Shown here one piece after another: positions 12,311-25,306 of a stretch of DNA of 64,000 bases. The translations under genes and the position numbers were made by a program. The DNA lies in the NCBI GenBank assembly GCA_028534125.1, contig CM052816.1, positions 94,676,001 to 94,740,000 of the forward strand, in the 5' to 3' direction. A model generated the notes under the pieces. The model had not been told where the DNA came from, ran no database searches, and was given only the letters and a program-made list of their open reading frames with translations. The stretch's first letter is position 1. Every line of letters starts with the position of its first letter. The stretch comes from Lama glama (taxonomy: Eukaryota).

Positions 12311-15300
12311 TTCTGCAAAATACTAGAACAATATACCTTGTTTATAGTCATGATATATGAACGTAACACGTCAGTATCCAGGGGCTCTTTGACACCTTTC
12401 ATATAATTAGCACACACCCATCAGATTCTGCTCGCCCCTTGTTTTCGTGATTGTTCAATCAGTGGACTCATTGGCTAGAGCAGACGTGAAATGGCTAAGG
12501 CTAAGCTGGGCCTGGCAGGCTGACCTTGAGAGCCAGCGTCTCAGTCCTGACTCAGAAGAGACTAAAACAACACTAAACACAGTCTAAAATCAGCTTGAAA
12601 AATTACAGCAGTGGCGATCAATCTCAACCCCTAAGCACATCGTACTTCATTTGTTGTGTTTCCAAGCTTTTGTTATTTTCTTTTCCAAGGTCTGATTAAA
12701 GTAAAATTTGGATCTTAGTAAATAAACCCTTACTCTTGACCCTAAGGCGAGCAATAACTGCTCCAGTGTACTGACTGACTCTAGCCTCACACAGTGACCA
12801 GTTTTCCAACACTTTGCATTGTTTAAGACGTGCTGTCCTAAACAGTGTGTAAACCGTCACCCCGCCACTATTGTGTGGCTGCCGGCTGTGTCATTTCAAT
12901 TCTAACAAGTGTGTGTCACGGAGTCACTAGGGGAATTGCTGTTGCTTTACTGGGGAAAAAAAAAATTGTTGACTGAAGCTCAGGGTCATTAGCTTCTCAC
13001 ACAACATACAGCTTGACCCAAACTGCCATAGACCAGGTACCTTATTCAATCCTCGCATCCTTGGAGACACAAACTCATTACGTCTTAGCCAAAGCTTGAT
13101 AAAAATATTTGTCAGTCAAAATCAGAAAGACAATAGACAGCTTGGGGGAAAACGGTTCATATGTTTATAAAGATTGTTAATTTGCTTAAATATTATATTT
13201 TGAAATAGCAATTATTTCCTTTTGTTGCACATTGAGAAATTGAAATTCCACCATATTTTAGAAAATCCCAATGTTCCATAGGGAGAAAATTTTAGGAGCT
13301 TAATATATTCTGCTTATTATGGCAAAGGAAGGTTATCTTATTGAGTTCTCAAATCAGAACATTCAAAAAATCAAGAATCATATAAGTTACTATAAAATCC
13401 AAATAGAATGATCATATGCAGTTTGACAGAAGTGAATTACTTGCTCTTGATTTACAGTCTGTCATTTTCATCTAATTACTGTGAATATACTTAATTCTAT
13501 ATGGCAAGATAATTGTTGAGAGATGAGGTTATTAAAATGCTATAAAATACAATCCCATGTATTCTTATGTAATCGTAGTAAAGGTAAGAAACATCATTGT
13601 CATGTGAATATTTTCATAACTCCTGGCAAGCATGGCAACAGCAGATTCTAATGTGGTTTAAGAGTATAAGATTTTTCATAGTAATTAGAATAATCAAAGT
13701 GAGAAATATACTAATACTGTGGCTCACAGTATTGATGTGATGCTCAGGGAAAGAGGACTGGTTTGTTTTAGTCTCTATTATGGTGGAAACCAGGTCTTCA
13801 GTCAGACCTGACAGGATGGAGAGCCTCTGGATGTGGGTTCAAGGTCACCCATCCTGCCCCTGAAGCCCTAAGACCTGGATCCAAGTCCTGCTGTTCCTCT
13901 CACTCCACCAGGGGTTGGGGACTGTCACGTGGACTCTGGAGACCCCAAGTCCTTTCCTAGACATGAATTTATTCACATTAGTTGATGACATCCTTGAATT
14001 GTTCATTCCTTGTGAAATTACTTCATCATACACTCTCTGGGCCAAGTTTTTGAAACATAAACAAGACAGTCTCTTCTCTAGAAGTTTGTCATGGTTCCAG
14101 ACGTGGTGTTGTCTGATTCTGCATGCATCCTTTTGTTTCTTTTCCAGATTCACTCACACTTACCTCCCCAGCTCCCTGTGGTGTTACAGAGCCAACAGGA
14201 AGTTAGCCGTGAAAGGTGTGAGCAGAAGTTGAGGGTAAACACCCAGGTAGCACGCAGGGTGAGGTCATCTCCTCCAGGAAGCTGTCCTTATCTTTCCCTC
14301 CAGACTGTACTGCTACCTGGTGGTTTTCAGCTAACATTCAGTTTCCTTTTCTTAGATTTCCTTTTATCTCACAGACATTTAAGAAGCATGTTATACCTTC
14401 TCCAAAGAGGTCACTGGCTCGGCGGCAGACCTAGGAATTAAAGGGACAAGCAAAGACATAAAATACCAAGTGCTCCTTATCCGTTCCCTAAGTAAGAGAA
14501 AGCAGTGCAAATTTCTCAGTAAAAGCATCATTCTCATCTGTGTTATCAGGGTCTCTTGGAATCAAGCACAGAGTTTAAAGCCTGGCTGAAATTTTTAATG
14601 AAAGTATAATTGGGTTTTGAAATTGTCAGGGCACCATAGGTACCCAACACACAAACACGAGTGTCAGATGAAAGCTCTGAAAGTGAGCAAAAGTAAAGAG
14701 GCAGAAAGCGCCCGTGACAAAGTCAGAATAAGCAGACTTTTGCCCGGGGCACAGTGGAAGGAGGGGTCTCCTGGTGATACCTTATGGAGATGTCTTACGG
14801 GATTCCCCCAGACGTTAAAACATAAAAACTGCCACTGATCAAACAATAAGTCACTTCAGCAGCAACTGATGAAGTCAGATCTTAATATACTGAGTTTTTA
14901 CTATGTCACTATAGGCGCAGGTAGCTGATACATTCTTTTTTTGAATGTCTGTGTTAAGCACTTACTAGCAGCAGCACAGAGGGTCTCTGTCCTTGTGGCA
15001 TTCACATTCCAGGCAGGAAAGGCTGAAATCAAGCACTCCATAAAGAGCGTAAGTTCAGGTAGGTGATTGCTACCAGCAGTGACAAAGCTGGTGGGGCACA
15101 GAGGAGGGCAGCGCCTCCCAGAGTGCACCGTGTACTTGGGATTCCTGGGGGTCCTTGAGACCCTTTCAGGGGGCCTGCAAAGGCACCCGTTTTCATAGCC
15201 CTCCCACCACGCTGTTTGCCCTTCCGTGCTCACTCTCACGCGGGGAGGGTTGGAGTTTGAGAATGGAGTTTCGCGGAATGAGAGTTCAGTGGCGCATCCC

Positions 15301-15339
15301 AGAGGCTGGATCCTTGTTCTGACAGCTCACGGAAAATGT

Positions 15340-15486
15340 GCAACGCATCCTTCGCTTGTAAACACTTCCCAGTGTTAATATCATAAATAGCATTCTCTAC
15401 CACTTAGTAAATAAAAGCTCTTTGGGGTCCTCAGTAATTTTTAAGCATGGAAGGGTTATGAGACTGGCAAGTTTGAGAGCCACTCT
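15340..15486. mobile_element. hAT-Charlie-type MITE end
   Basis: aaaagctctttggggtcctcagtaatttttaag...aagtttgagagccact resembles a Charlie-family terminus. Confidence 0.5.
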
Positions 15487-18400
15487 GGTTTTGAGAGAAT
15501 GATCAGAGGACCAGAAGTCATCCTTTGCGAGAAGATGCACGATCAGGGCCCTGAATGAATACAGGAGCAAACCATGCAGATATCTAGGGAAAGTCTATGA
15601 TTCATGGCAAATTAAAAACTGGTTCTTTAAGCTAGTGTAATGCCAATTATGGAACATTGTAATGTTCTCAGGATTTAGCTTTTAAATCTTGTTTTTTTCT
15701 AAACTGATTTGTATTTTTTTTCTATTTCTTTTCACAATTATCGACGATGAGAGATATGCATCTGTTATCTTTAGACTGTTAATTTATAAGGAAATATATG
15801 TAATGCTTTTCTTCATTTTGTGCCACATTTTTTTTTGAACAGTAAATAATCAGAAGACAAAACTTTACAAGGAAATTGTTAGGGACTAGAGTGAGTTATA
15901 AAAATACCATTCTATGATGATAATATCATGCAAAATCTCATGCACAATCAAATTCTTGAGCTGTGCATTTTAAACTGAAGTTACATATATGAAATTTATT
16001 TTTTGTGATAAATGTCACTTTGCTCATTTCCCTCCACTGTATACAGTTGTAAAGAAACTGAGTTATTGTGTAGTGTGAAAAGCTTTACCAGCCTTCTCTT
16101 TATTCATATACGATTCATATATGATAGTCAAACGTCAAAAAGCATACTAATTAATGATATTGGTTGAATCCAAATCAGTTTAAAAACCGAATGAGTACTT
16201 TCCCTTCCTTGGGACCATGAAAGTTTTAATTTTCATGTAAACCGTTATACATTGCAAGCAGTTGACCAGATGAAATCAATATTCTGGGCAGAGAGACTTA
16301 GAAATGAAGCTTAGAAATATATCTGCCCAGAGAATAGCCACATGGACCCTAAGCTTCCTTGCATAACGAGCCCCCTCCCCCCCCCAAGCTTTTTCTTTCA
16401 GTTAATTTTAGGAACAGTAGATGGGCTGATTTACTATTTTCAGGGAAATGCCTCAGTGAGACTCCTACATCTGAGCTTTTCAAGTTACTAGCAAATATCA
16501 GGAGAACACAACCAGTTTATCTCTATGAGCTACCTCTTATTCCAAGCAAGTTTGTAAACTGACAAGTGTATCCAGAGCCCATAGAGAAGAAACTGCTACT
16601 TTCAATGAAACGGATTGATAATGCAGTTTAAGCCAGTCAGTGTTTTTAATCTGTACAGTTAATTTGTGGTTAGATATGACTGCAGTGCTTTGAGCTGAAT
16701 TTAAATCAGTTTAATATTCTTACAAATAATTGATATTTTTCTCATTGATTTTGTAATTGATAATAGCCCTTTTGTATGCATATAATTTCCACTGTTTTTC
16801 CCCTTTATTCTTACTCAATATTTTCTGTTAAACAATTTCCCCTTTCTCTTTATTTGATGTTGCTCTAAGAATTAACTCTCATTTAAAATAAAATACTACT
16901 TAACCTTCAACTTATTCTTAACCTTCTGCAAAGATTGGATAACAAGAGGGCTGGGAATGAATGCAAATTTTCTAACAGTTAAAGATACATGTGAATCTAG
17001 ATGGCTTTATTTTTCATGGTCTATGTAAAGATAAGATTTTACATCATTTAGAAAGAATTAGTTTAACCTAAGAGTAAGTAAAGAATGTTTATAAACTTTC
17101 TGACAAAAGGATATCTAAACAAAGCTGCCACGGTCAAGTATTGAGCCCTGAACTTGTCTGTCACAGTTTGTGTGTTCATTATTCCTGACTGTCCTGAATT
17201 AAAAGCCTAACAAAACATTCATTGAGCACCTGTTTGAGACGGTGGCCGATCTCACAGCTATTTATTTTAGTGCATTCTTGTTAATAACTCTTTCCTTCGA
17301 TGGTAAAATCATCCTTTGGAATTAAACTGATATCTTTATTAGCCCTTAGAGACCTTGTCTTGCTCTTGTGGCTTCAGCTTCTACCATTCATGACTTGAAT
17401 AGCTACATCTCTGTCCTAAAAATCACATTTATGTATAACCAAACTTTGATCTTGGAAATTATTTAAGGTCTAGAAAGATAGTCAGGTCTGTTAGAGCCAG
17501 TGTTAAAATCAAGCCCAGATTCTTTTTCTAACTCCCGTCAATTTTCACCATCTCCATCAACGCTATAATTTAAAAATTAAGCCTGTCCTTCCGCAAAACA
17601 TCGACTTCCCAACACACATCTCCTGCCAGTCCATCCTTGAGGAACAACACATGAGGGGAGTTTCTTCTTTTTCACACTCACTTGTTGAGTATTAGTTGTG
17701 TTCTGGGACAGGTGGTCAACTGAAGTAGACCAGAATTAGCAACTGCCAATAAATCACCTTAAAACTTGGAGAAACAGAAGGTGTGTGCCTGGTCGTCAGA
17801 GTGCCGTACTGTCTGCTCAGTTTTCTTAGATGGACTTTGCGCTGCAGAAAACCCCCAAGCACCGATTGCAGGGTCAGCGATGTCCTTCCAGTGATCGGCT
17901 CAAGAGTGTCCAGTCACGTTGGCTCTCCTTCCCTTTCTGTCTGCACAGTCCCCAAGTACCAGGGAGCTTTTGCGAAAAAAAGTTCTCTTAAATACACACT
18001 CTTTTCTTCTTCCCTAATGTGGTCACTACTTTACTTTGAGTTGCTCCGTTATTAAGATTTCCTTTCTCTGCACTCCAGGAAATTCCTGGTCTCTAGTGTC
18101 TCCAACTAGTGAAACACAGGGTCCTGCTACCTTCACATAAAGGTTCAGACTCTGCTTTTATCCTGTTACTCTCCTCCCAGAAAACCTGTTGCTGTGTAAT
18201 ACTGTACACATTTCTCTGTTGAAATTGCTCAGAGTCTGGTCTTGCAATGTGTTAAGGTAGCATGATGGGGGTAGGATTAATTTTCCAAGGCAATCAGGCA
18301 TCAGGGCAGGCTGCATGGAGGAGGTGACATTTCAACCACACTTCAAGTTTGCGAATGAGCTTTGAGGTTGCCAGAGAAAGGAATTTCAGGCTAAGAGAGA

Positions 18401-19236
18401 ACTTTCTCTTTCTCATTTCTTGGCTCTGACACTAGGTTTGGTTTGGTTTGGTTTTTAATTTCAAGCCATTTTAATGATCTAAGCCTCATATGTCTCCTTT
18501 GAAAAATGAAAGAAAGCAGGAAGCGATATGTGTCACAGTGCTGTGACAGGGTTTTCAGGACACATTCCAATCAGGGTTTTATTCTCAGACCATGCGGCTA
18601 AGTAATTAGATAATTAGATAATAATACTAATAGCTGACATTTGTATAATAGTTTATATTTCTCCAAGCACTTTCACATCCATTATCTCATTAGGTGCTCA
18701 AATTCACAGAGATTAAAATCCATAGAGAATGTATAACGAAGCGTGGGAAGAGCTCTGCTCCAAAGCTGGACTGTCTTGGTGGCACCGGGCTCATCAGGAC
18801 CGCTGTGTGGTCTCAGTCAGCGGGACCCTCCATTTCGTCAACACAAATGGAGATGATGGCATCTTCCCTGGATCTTGTTAAGACTCGATGGGTTAGCAGA
18901 TAGAAGCTGCTCAGAGCAGTCCCTGGAACTTCGTAAGTGTTCCGTGGAGGCTGGCTGGCAGTGCTGTCCCCTCCAGCAGGACCACCTGTGCCTCCATATA
19001 TGTGAAGATGGGCTAGTGTCCGCCAGGTCAGCTGGTTCCAGCCCTGGATTTTTTTCCGACACACGCCCACTCCATTGGCATGACTGTAACTTAAATAATA
19101 ACATGAGAGTACCCTTTTGTAGACCTCTGGCCTTTTCTTTGCAATTACAAACTGTGTAGTTTAATTAAGGGTTTACTGTTTCCTGGGACCAATATTTAGC
19201 TAAAGCAGACAAAAATTAGCAATTTCAGATGAAGTC

Positions 19237-19679
19237 TTTATTTTGTTTTAATGTTTTAACTTTATTTATTCATTTATTTATTATTGAAGTTTAACGGTTT
19301 GCAATATTGTGTTAATTTCTGGTGTGCAGCATAGTGATTCAGTTATACACACATGTATATATATTCTTTTTCATATTCTTTTTCATTATCAGTTATTACA
19401 AGCTATTGAATATAGTTCCCTGTGCTATATATTAGGACTCTGTTGTTTATCTATTGTATATATAGTAGTGTGTGTCTGTTAATCGCAAATTTCTAATTTA
19501 TCCCACCTCCCACTTTCCCCTTTGGTAACCATAAGTGTGTTTTCTATGTCTGTGAGTCCACTTCTGTTTTGTAGGTAAGTTGATTTGCATCATTTTTTTA
19601 GATTCCACATATAAGTGATCTCATATATTTGTCTTTCTCTGTCTGACTTACTTTACTTAGTGTGATCATCTCTAGGACC
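19237..19679 (-). mobile_element. 5'-truncated L1 with 11-bp TSD
   Basis: L1 3'UTR in antisense with T-rich tail. Flanked by the direct repeat cagatgaagtc (19226-19236 and 19680-19690). Confidence 0.9.
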
Positions 19680-20421
19680 CAGATGAAGTCATTTTAAATC
19701 TGTGCAAAGACAATGAATGCACGTGATCATGAAAATTCTCAAATATCTAGTTAATTTAAGAAGAAACTGACTCTATAGATTTTAGTGTTTTATGTTAATA
19801 CAACCTATAAGTGAATCTGAATTTTTATGCAAGAAATGAGCATTTCAACCTTCCCACCTGCTGAGGCTGACTTCCGTCCCATTTCTGGTGGACAGCAGGC
19901 TTCCCCCAGCCACACCTGGACCCTCTAAGGAGGGGATCACTGGGGAATCAGTACCACAATCTGAAGCAGGAAGATTTCCCCTGCAAATAAGTTGATTTCT
20001 ATTTCCAAAAGAATTTTTTAACCTTAAAATGTTGATGTGTGTAATGTGATTTAAATGGTGCTTTTATGTTAAGCAACCACATCTCCTGGAGTTGGAGAAC
20101 AGAAGACAAGAATGGTGTCTCACCTTCATTTTACTAAGTGTACGACTCTGCCTGACTTCTTAACCTCTCCACAGTCCTGCTTGCACTTCTCAGAATAATG
20201 ACAAAGAGGCAAAGGCATCTTTTTTCCACAGGTTGCTATTTGGTCTCTAGTCAATTCATACATTTGAAGACACATTGAGATGTTGGTATTACACTCAAGA
20301 TGCTCTGCTTTCCTAGGATCAGTGGCAGGTCCCGTGTCCCTCAGCTCCCTTGGAATTTCTCCCCTCTGTTTAGTTGGATCTAGTGTGTCTTGATCAGGTC
20401 AAGGATACATACTGTCTTGCA

Positions 20422-20922
20422 TTTATTTTTTAATTGAAGTGTAGTCGATTTACAATGTTGTGTCAATTTCTGGTATACTGCATAGTGATTTGAGTCTACA
20501 TATATACACATATGTTCCTTTTCGTGTTCTTTTTCATTCTAGGCTATTACAAAGTATTGAATATAGTTCCCTGTGCTATATATTAGACCTTATTGTTTAT
20601 CTATTTTATATATAGTAGTTAGTATCTGCAAATCCCAAACTTCCAATTTACCCCTCCCCACCCCCTTTTCCCCCTGGTAATCATAAGTTTGTTTTCTATG
20701 TCTGTGAGCCTGTTTCTGTTTTGTAAATAAGTTCATTTGTATCTTCTTTTTTCTGAGATTCTACATATGAGAGATATCATATGGTATTTTTCTTTCTCTT
20801 TCTGGCTTATTTCACTTAGAATGACAATCTCCAGATCCATTCATGTTGCTGCAAATGGCATTATTTTATTCTTTTTTATGGCTGAGTAGTATTCCATTGT
20901 ATAAATATATCACAGCTTCTTT
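20422..20922 (-). mobile_element. 5'-truncated L1 3' end
   Basis: Homologous to the other L1 3' copies (attgaatatagttccctgtgctata, catgttgctgcaaatggca). Confidence 0.9.
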
Positions 20923-23454
20923 ATTGTTTTATCAGTTTATCAGAAATGGTTTCACCTCTTCTTCCTAGCCCCCAGGGCTGAGATTTGGAACAGACCCCTA
21001 GCCTGAGCTTTGAAGATTGTCCCATGATGGAAAGGATCCAGAATGATCAGAGACGTCACTGTGACCCCTTTGATCAATGTCTTGGAAGCAAACATACCAG
21101 AGGGTGGCTTCTGCTTTTGGTGAACTGCTAGGACATTGTCATCTGCTGTCGCTTACAGTTCCAGTTTCTTCTGGAGCAATGCAACATTCTATTCCCCTAG
21201 GTGGAAATTTAAAGCCCAGTCTCTTCCTCTCCCCCCAGCACCCCAAGAAATCCTCTTCTGTTGTCCCCATCCCCCAGTGGAAACCCTTCATTTCTTCAGG
21301 GATGCAACCCAATCTGACCTCTTGCTCAAGCAAGATTTGATGGAAAGTCAAAAGTTCTTGAGAGAGAAAAATCATAATTTAAAGCCCAAAACTATAAATG
21401 CTTTTGAAATCTCTGGAAAATTTGTATTTTCTTCCTCAGTGCACAGTAATGGTAATAAAGCTACTCAGGGGTTAATTATACGTAAATCTCATTTTTATTA
21501 GAAAGTAATTAAGAATTATGTCTTATCATTTTAACCTTTTCCATATTCTTATATATCTGTGTCCTCTAAAACTGGAGGGAATAAATGCCATTCATTTGAA
21601 ACCTACTGAGCAATGGAAAAATCATTCTAAAATGCATGTGGTGTTTTGGCTATTGTCCCGACTGCTTTGTCCTTGCCAGGTGACATGACAGGGCTGTGAG
21701 ATTATGATATATTGCTCATTGTTGCAATTACCTTTGTCAGGGCATATCTAGGTTTCATGCTTCAGATGTGTGAACAAAGTAACGAGACAGAGAATCTTGG
21801 TTTGTTTTCCTTGAGTATTGATCAAATACACAACTGATTCGATAAAAGATGAGCAGATTTGATTATTTCATATGGATATTTCAGGAGCACATAAATCATA
21901 CATTTAATTGAAATTGCTATGAAAAGGGACCTTAAATTGTCATGGTTAGATCCTGCATGGAGAGCATTTGGAGATTTCTGGAGCTAATTTTTATGAGTCT
22001 ATTCAGAATTGACAAGTTTGTTTGATTTGCTAACTACATATGCAAGTAAGTTCATCAGAGCAAAGTCACAGTCCCTTAAAAAAGTCAAATAACCGGGACC
22101 CACAACTCTTTTACTTTATGGATTTTTAAATTATTTACATGAAATTAAAGATTCTTTTTTTTTATTGACATTTCCAAAACTCTGTGCTGTATTTTGTCTG
22201 TTTCAACTTTCATTGCCCTGGAAATACGTTACTGTGTAGAAAGGAATATATATGCACGGTGCAAGTCATTATGTCAGAGTAGACTGTCCTGAAAGAAATA
22301 ACCAAAGGAAGTCTCTGTGGAAAGCAGCCCATTGTTAGTTAGAATGGTGACCACTAATCTTAAAGGGCCTCTGTTCTTCCACCATAGCTCACTCTCCTCC
22401 ATGGAGCAGTGACCTTCAGGAGGGTAGGGACCTAGGGGGAAAGCCTTGGCTACAGGTCATCACTGTCCTCCCAGGACCCACCTCTTCCTCCTGTTTTTGG
22501 AATTAGTTTCCATCTGCCTCTGCCCCGTCACCAGTCCCTCTGCCCTTCCAGAGGCTCCCCCGTATCTCGGAGACCACCCGTTGAATCTGTTTCTGTGCCT
22601 GACAGTTTCGACAGCCACCATGGGGGCAGTATGTTCCTGGCATCCAGAATGAAACTCGGAATGCACTCCCCATAGATGCATTGTACTTCTGGTGACTAGC
22701 CCTGTAATACCATCAGTATGGATCAAAGGATTCTTTTTGCAAGCTATTGCAAACTTCACCATCTGGTATACACGATTTCCTTGGGACACTATTTTCTAAA
22801 TTACAAGGAAAAAGGATTACAATTGTACTTTTGTTATGCCCTTTACGATGAAATTGGGACTGGATGGAAATGGTTTTATTTTCTTGCTTGACTTTTTTTC
22901 AGAAACTCTATACATTCCAAAATGCCAAGTGTTACCTGTATTAGCTAATCAGCCTAGTATTCAGTGTCCAATGATGAAGAAGTATTGTTGCATCGTTTAG
23001 AAGTTCCATCAGGGAATCAGAGGGGAGAGGATGGTCTTAAATGCAAATATTATGTGAACCAATACTTTTTAAGAGAAGACATTATGTTCATACAAAAGAA
23101 GACCCCTGTCATAGCAAATCTGTGTTCTTATTTGAAATAAAAAGTCATGTTCTAGTCTTAAAAACAAAGAAGTAAGGAACTTAAAATTTGCTTAAGGTTA
23201 TTAGAAATGATACTATTGCCTTAAACAGCCAAAGAGGGAGATGAAGGATGACACAATGATTATACCGTAATCCATGTGTGTCAAATTCTCCTCCATCAAA
23301 AAAGAAATCACGTTATAATACGGTTAACATGAGAAGACTTATCTTGCCAAGTTCCTACCCCCTAACTCACTCTACTTACCTCGATTCCCTCTCAAACACA
23401 CACAATAGAAAATAGTAGTACACTTCCGCTCTTCTGTATTTCTTTTTAAATTCC

Positions 23455-23603
23455 TTTCTTTTTTTTTTTTTTTTTGTGGGGTTGGGGAGAGGTAATGACG
23501 TTTACTTATTTATTTATTTGTTTAATGGCGGTGCTGGGCATTGAACCCAGGACCTCGTGCATGCTACGCACATGCTCTACCGCTGAGCTTTAGCCTCCCC
23601 CCC
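23455..23603 (-). mobile_element. tRNA-derived SINE (camelid vic-1-like)
   Basis: Reverse complement reads gctcagcggtagagcatgtgcgtagcatgcacgaggtcctgggttcaatgcccagcacc (Pol III A/B boxes), followed by (TAAA)n and an A tail. Confidence 0.85.
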
Positions 23604-24421
23604 ATACTTCTTTTCATTCCCAAAGTGAGTATGAAATTTGATTAAAGAAAAAATCTACTTAACAAAGGAAATAAGCAAACTGTTGCAAAGCTCCCATCAA
23701 AAAGGAAAGTAAGAAAATAAACCACATTTCCTTAACCCAGAGGATAATTAAATAATAAGGCCAGGAACTGATCCTCTTCCTCCCTCACTTGTAGTATCAG
23801 CCACATTGGCTGCACCGATTTAAACAGTGTATTTTCTCTTTGTCTTCTGACTGTGCATCACTGTGATGGCGAAGATAAGTAACTGTCGGAGACCATGTGA
23901 GGATCAGGGAGAACTCTACGTTGTATGAGAGCTGTTAATATTTTAAACACTGTCTACCCTTCAGGCATTGAGATATTACATGACTATACAATAGAGTTTG
24001 TCACTGATTGGAAGGTTTCAAATATTTTAGCATCTTGATAACTAAATAGGAGAAATGATTATATTAACGCAATTAACATGTACGAAAAAGTAGCCTTTCA
24101 GATTATTTCAAATGTTTCTGATATTATCTAATCTAAAATTAACTACACGATTAACTAATTTGTCTCCTAAGAAATGTCTCTATGTAGGTCAGGATGAGAT
24201 CATCTGAAAAAAATCTACTCTTTGGAGAACTTTGAAACCACCAAAAAAAAAAAAAAGAAAAAAACTCATTTAAGAGCTAGAGTCGAATTATATGGTCATT
24301 TTAGTTCTGAGAATTCAAAGCATAGATGGCTGGAATCATGTGCGTGTGATAATTCTAGGCTACTCTCAATAAATAATACATGTCATTTCTGCTTCACTGA
24401 GACTGTCACTTACTGCTCTAA

Positions 24422-24775
<354 letters not shown>

Positions 24776-25279
24776 TAATACAATACACTTATAGAGTAAC
24801 TCTGAATTACGAGCGTATTTTCTGCAGGAATGTCTGCGAATCACTTGTGCTGTATCTAACTTATATATACTTACCTGTGTGAATATGCAAGCATGTGTCT
24901 AGGTACTATTTCTGTGTCCATATGGGATCTAAATGTGACATACATACATTCTGAGTTTGAGACTATACCTGAAACACATTTTTTCATCTTAAAAAAACAT
25001 GAAATTATTCCTTGGGGTTAATTGTATAAAGGAATATAGTGTAAATGCACCATCAAGTATACAGAAGTATTGTGAAGACAATTGTGATTAGTGTAGGAAT
25101 AGTTATACTTTGTCAAGTGTGATTTTGAAATGTGCCCTTAATTGTTTCTTTAAGGTGTGTCCTTGTCCTCACAGCTCCACTGTACATATTTATTAGCTGC
25201 AGTTAAAACCAGCTTTTGGTAAAAAGAAGTAGTTACCAACTGGAGTTTTTTTTCAAGAAAGATATTAATGTTGTTGTTT

Positions 25280-25306
25280 TGTGTGTGTGTGTGTGTGTGT
25301 GTGTGT
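25280..25306. repeat. (GT)n microsatellite
   Basis: About 13 GT units directly visible. Confidence 0.95.

Noticed and set aside
23525..23603. tRNA-like sequences with A/B boxes (also at about 29005, 36660 and 36850)
   Set aside because: They carry SINE bodies, A-rich tails and TSD-like flanks and are diverged. They are SINE heads, not functional tRNA genes.
24240..24266. Other A/T runs (24243, 28217, 37446, 46008, 63541) as possible tail-only insertions
   Set aside because: No flanking target-site duplication is visible, unlike 44795-44839.
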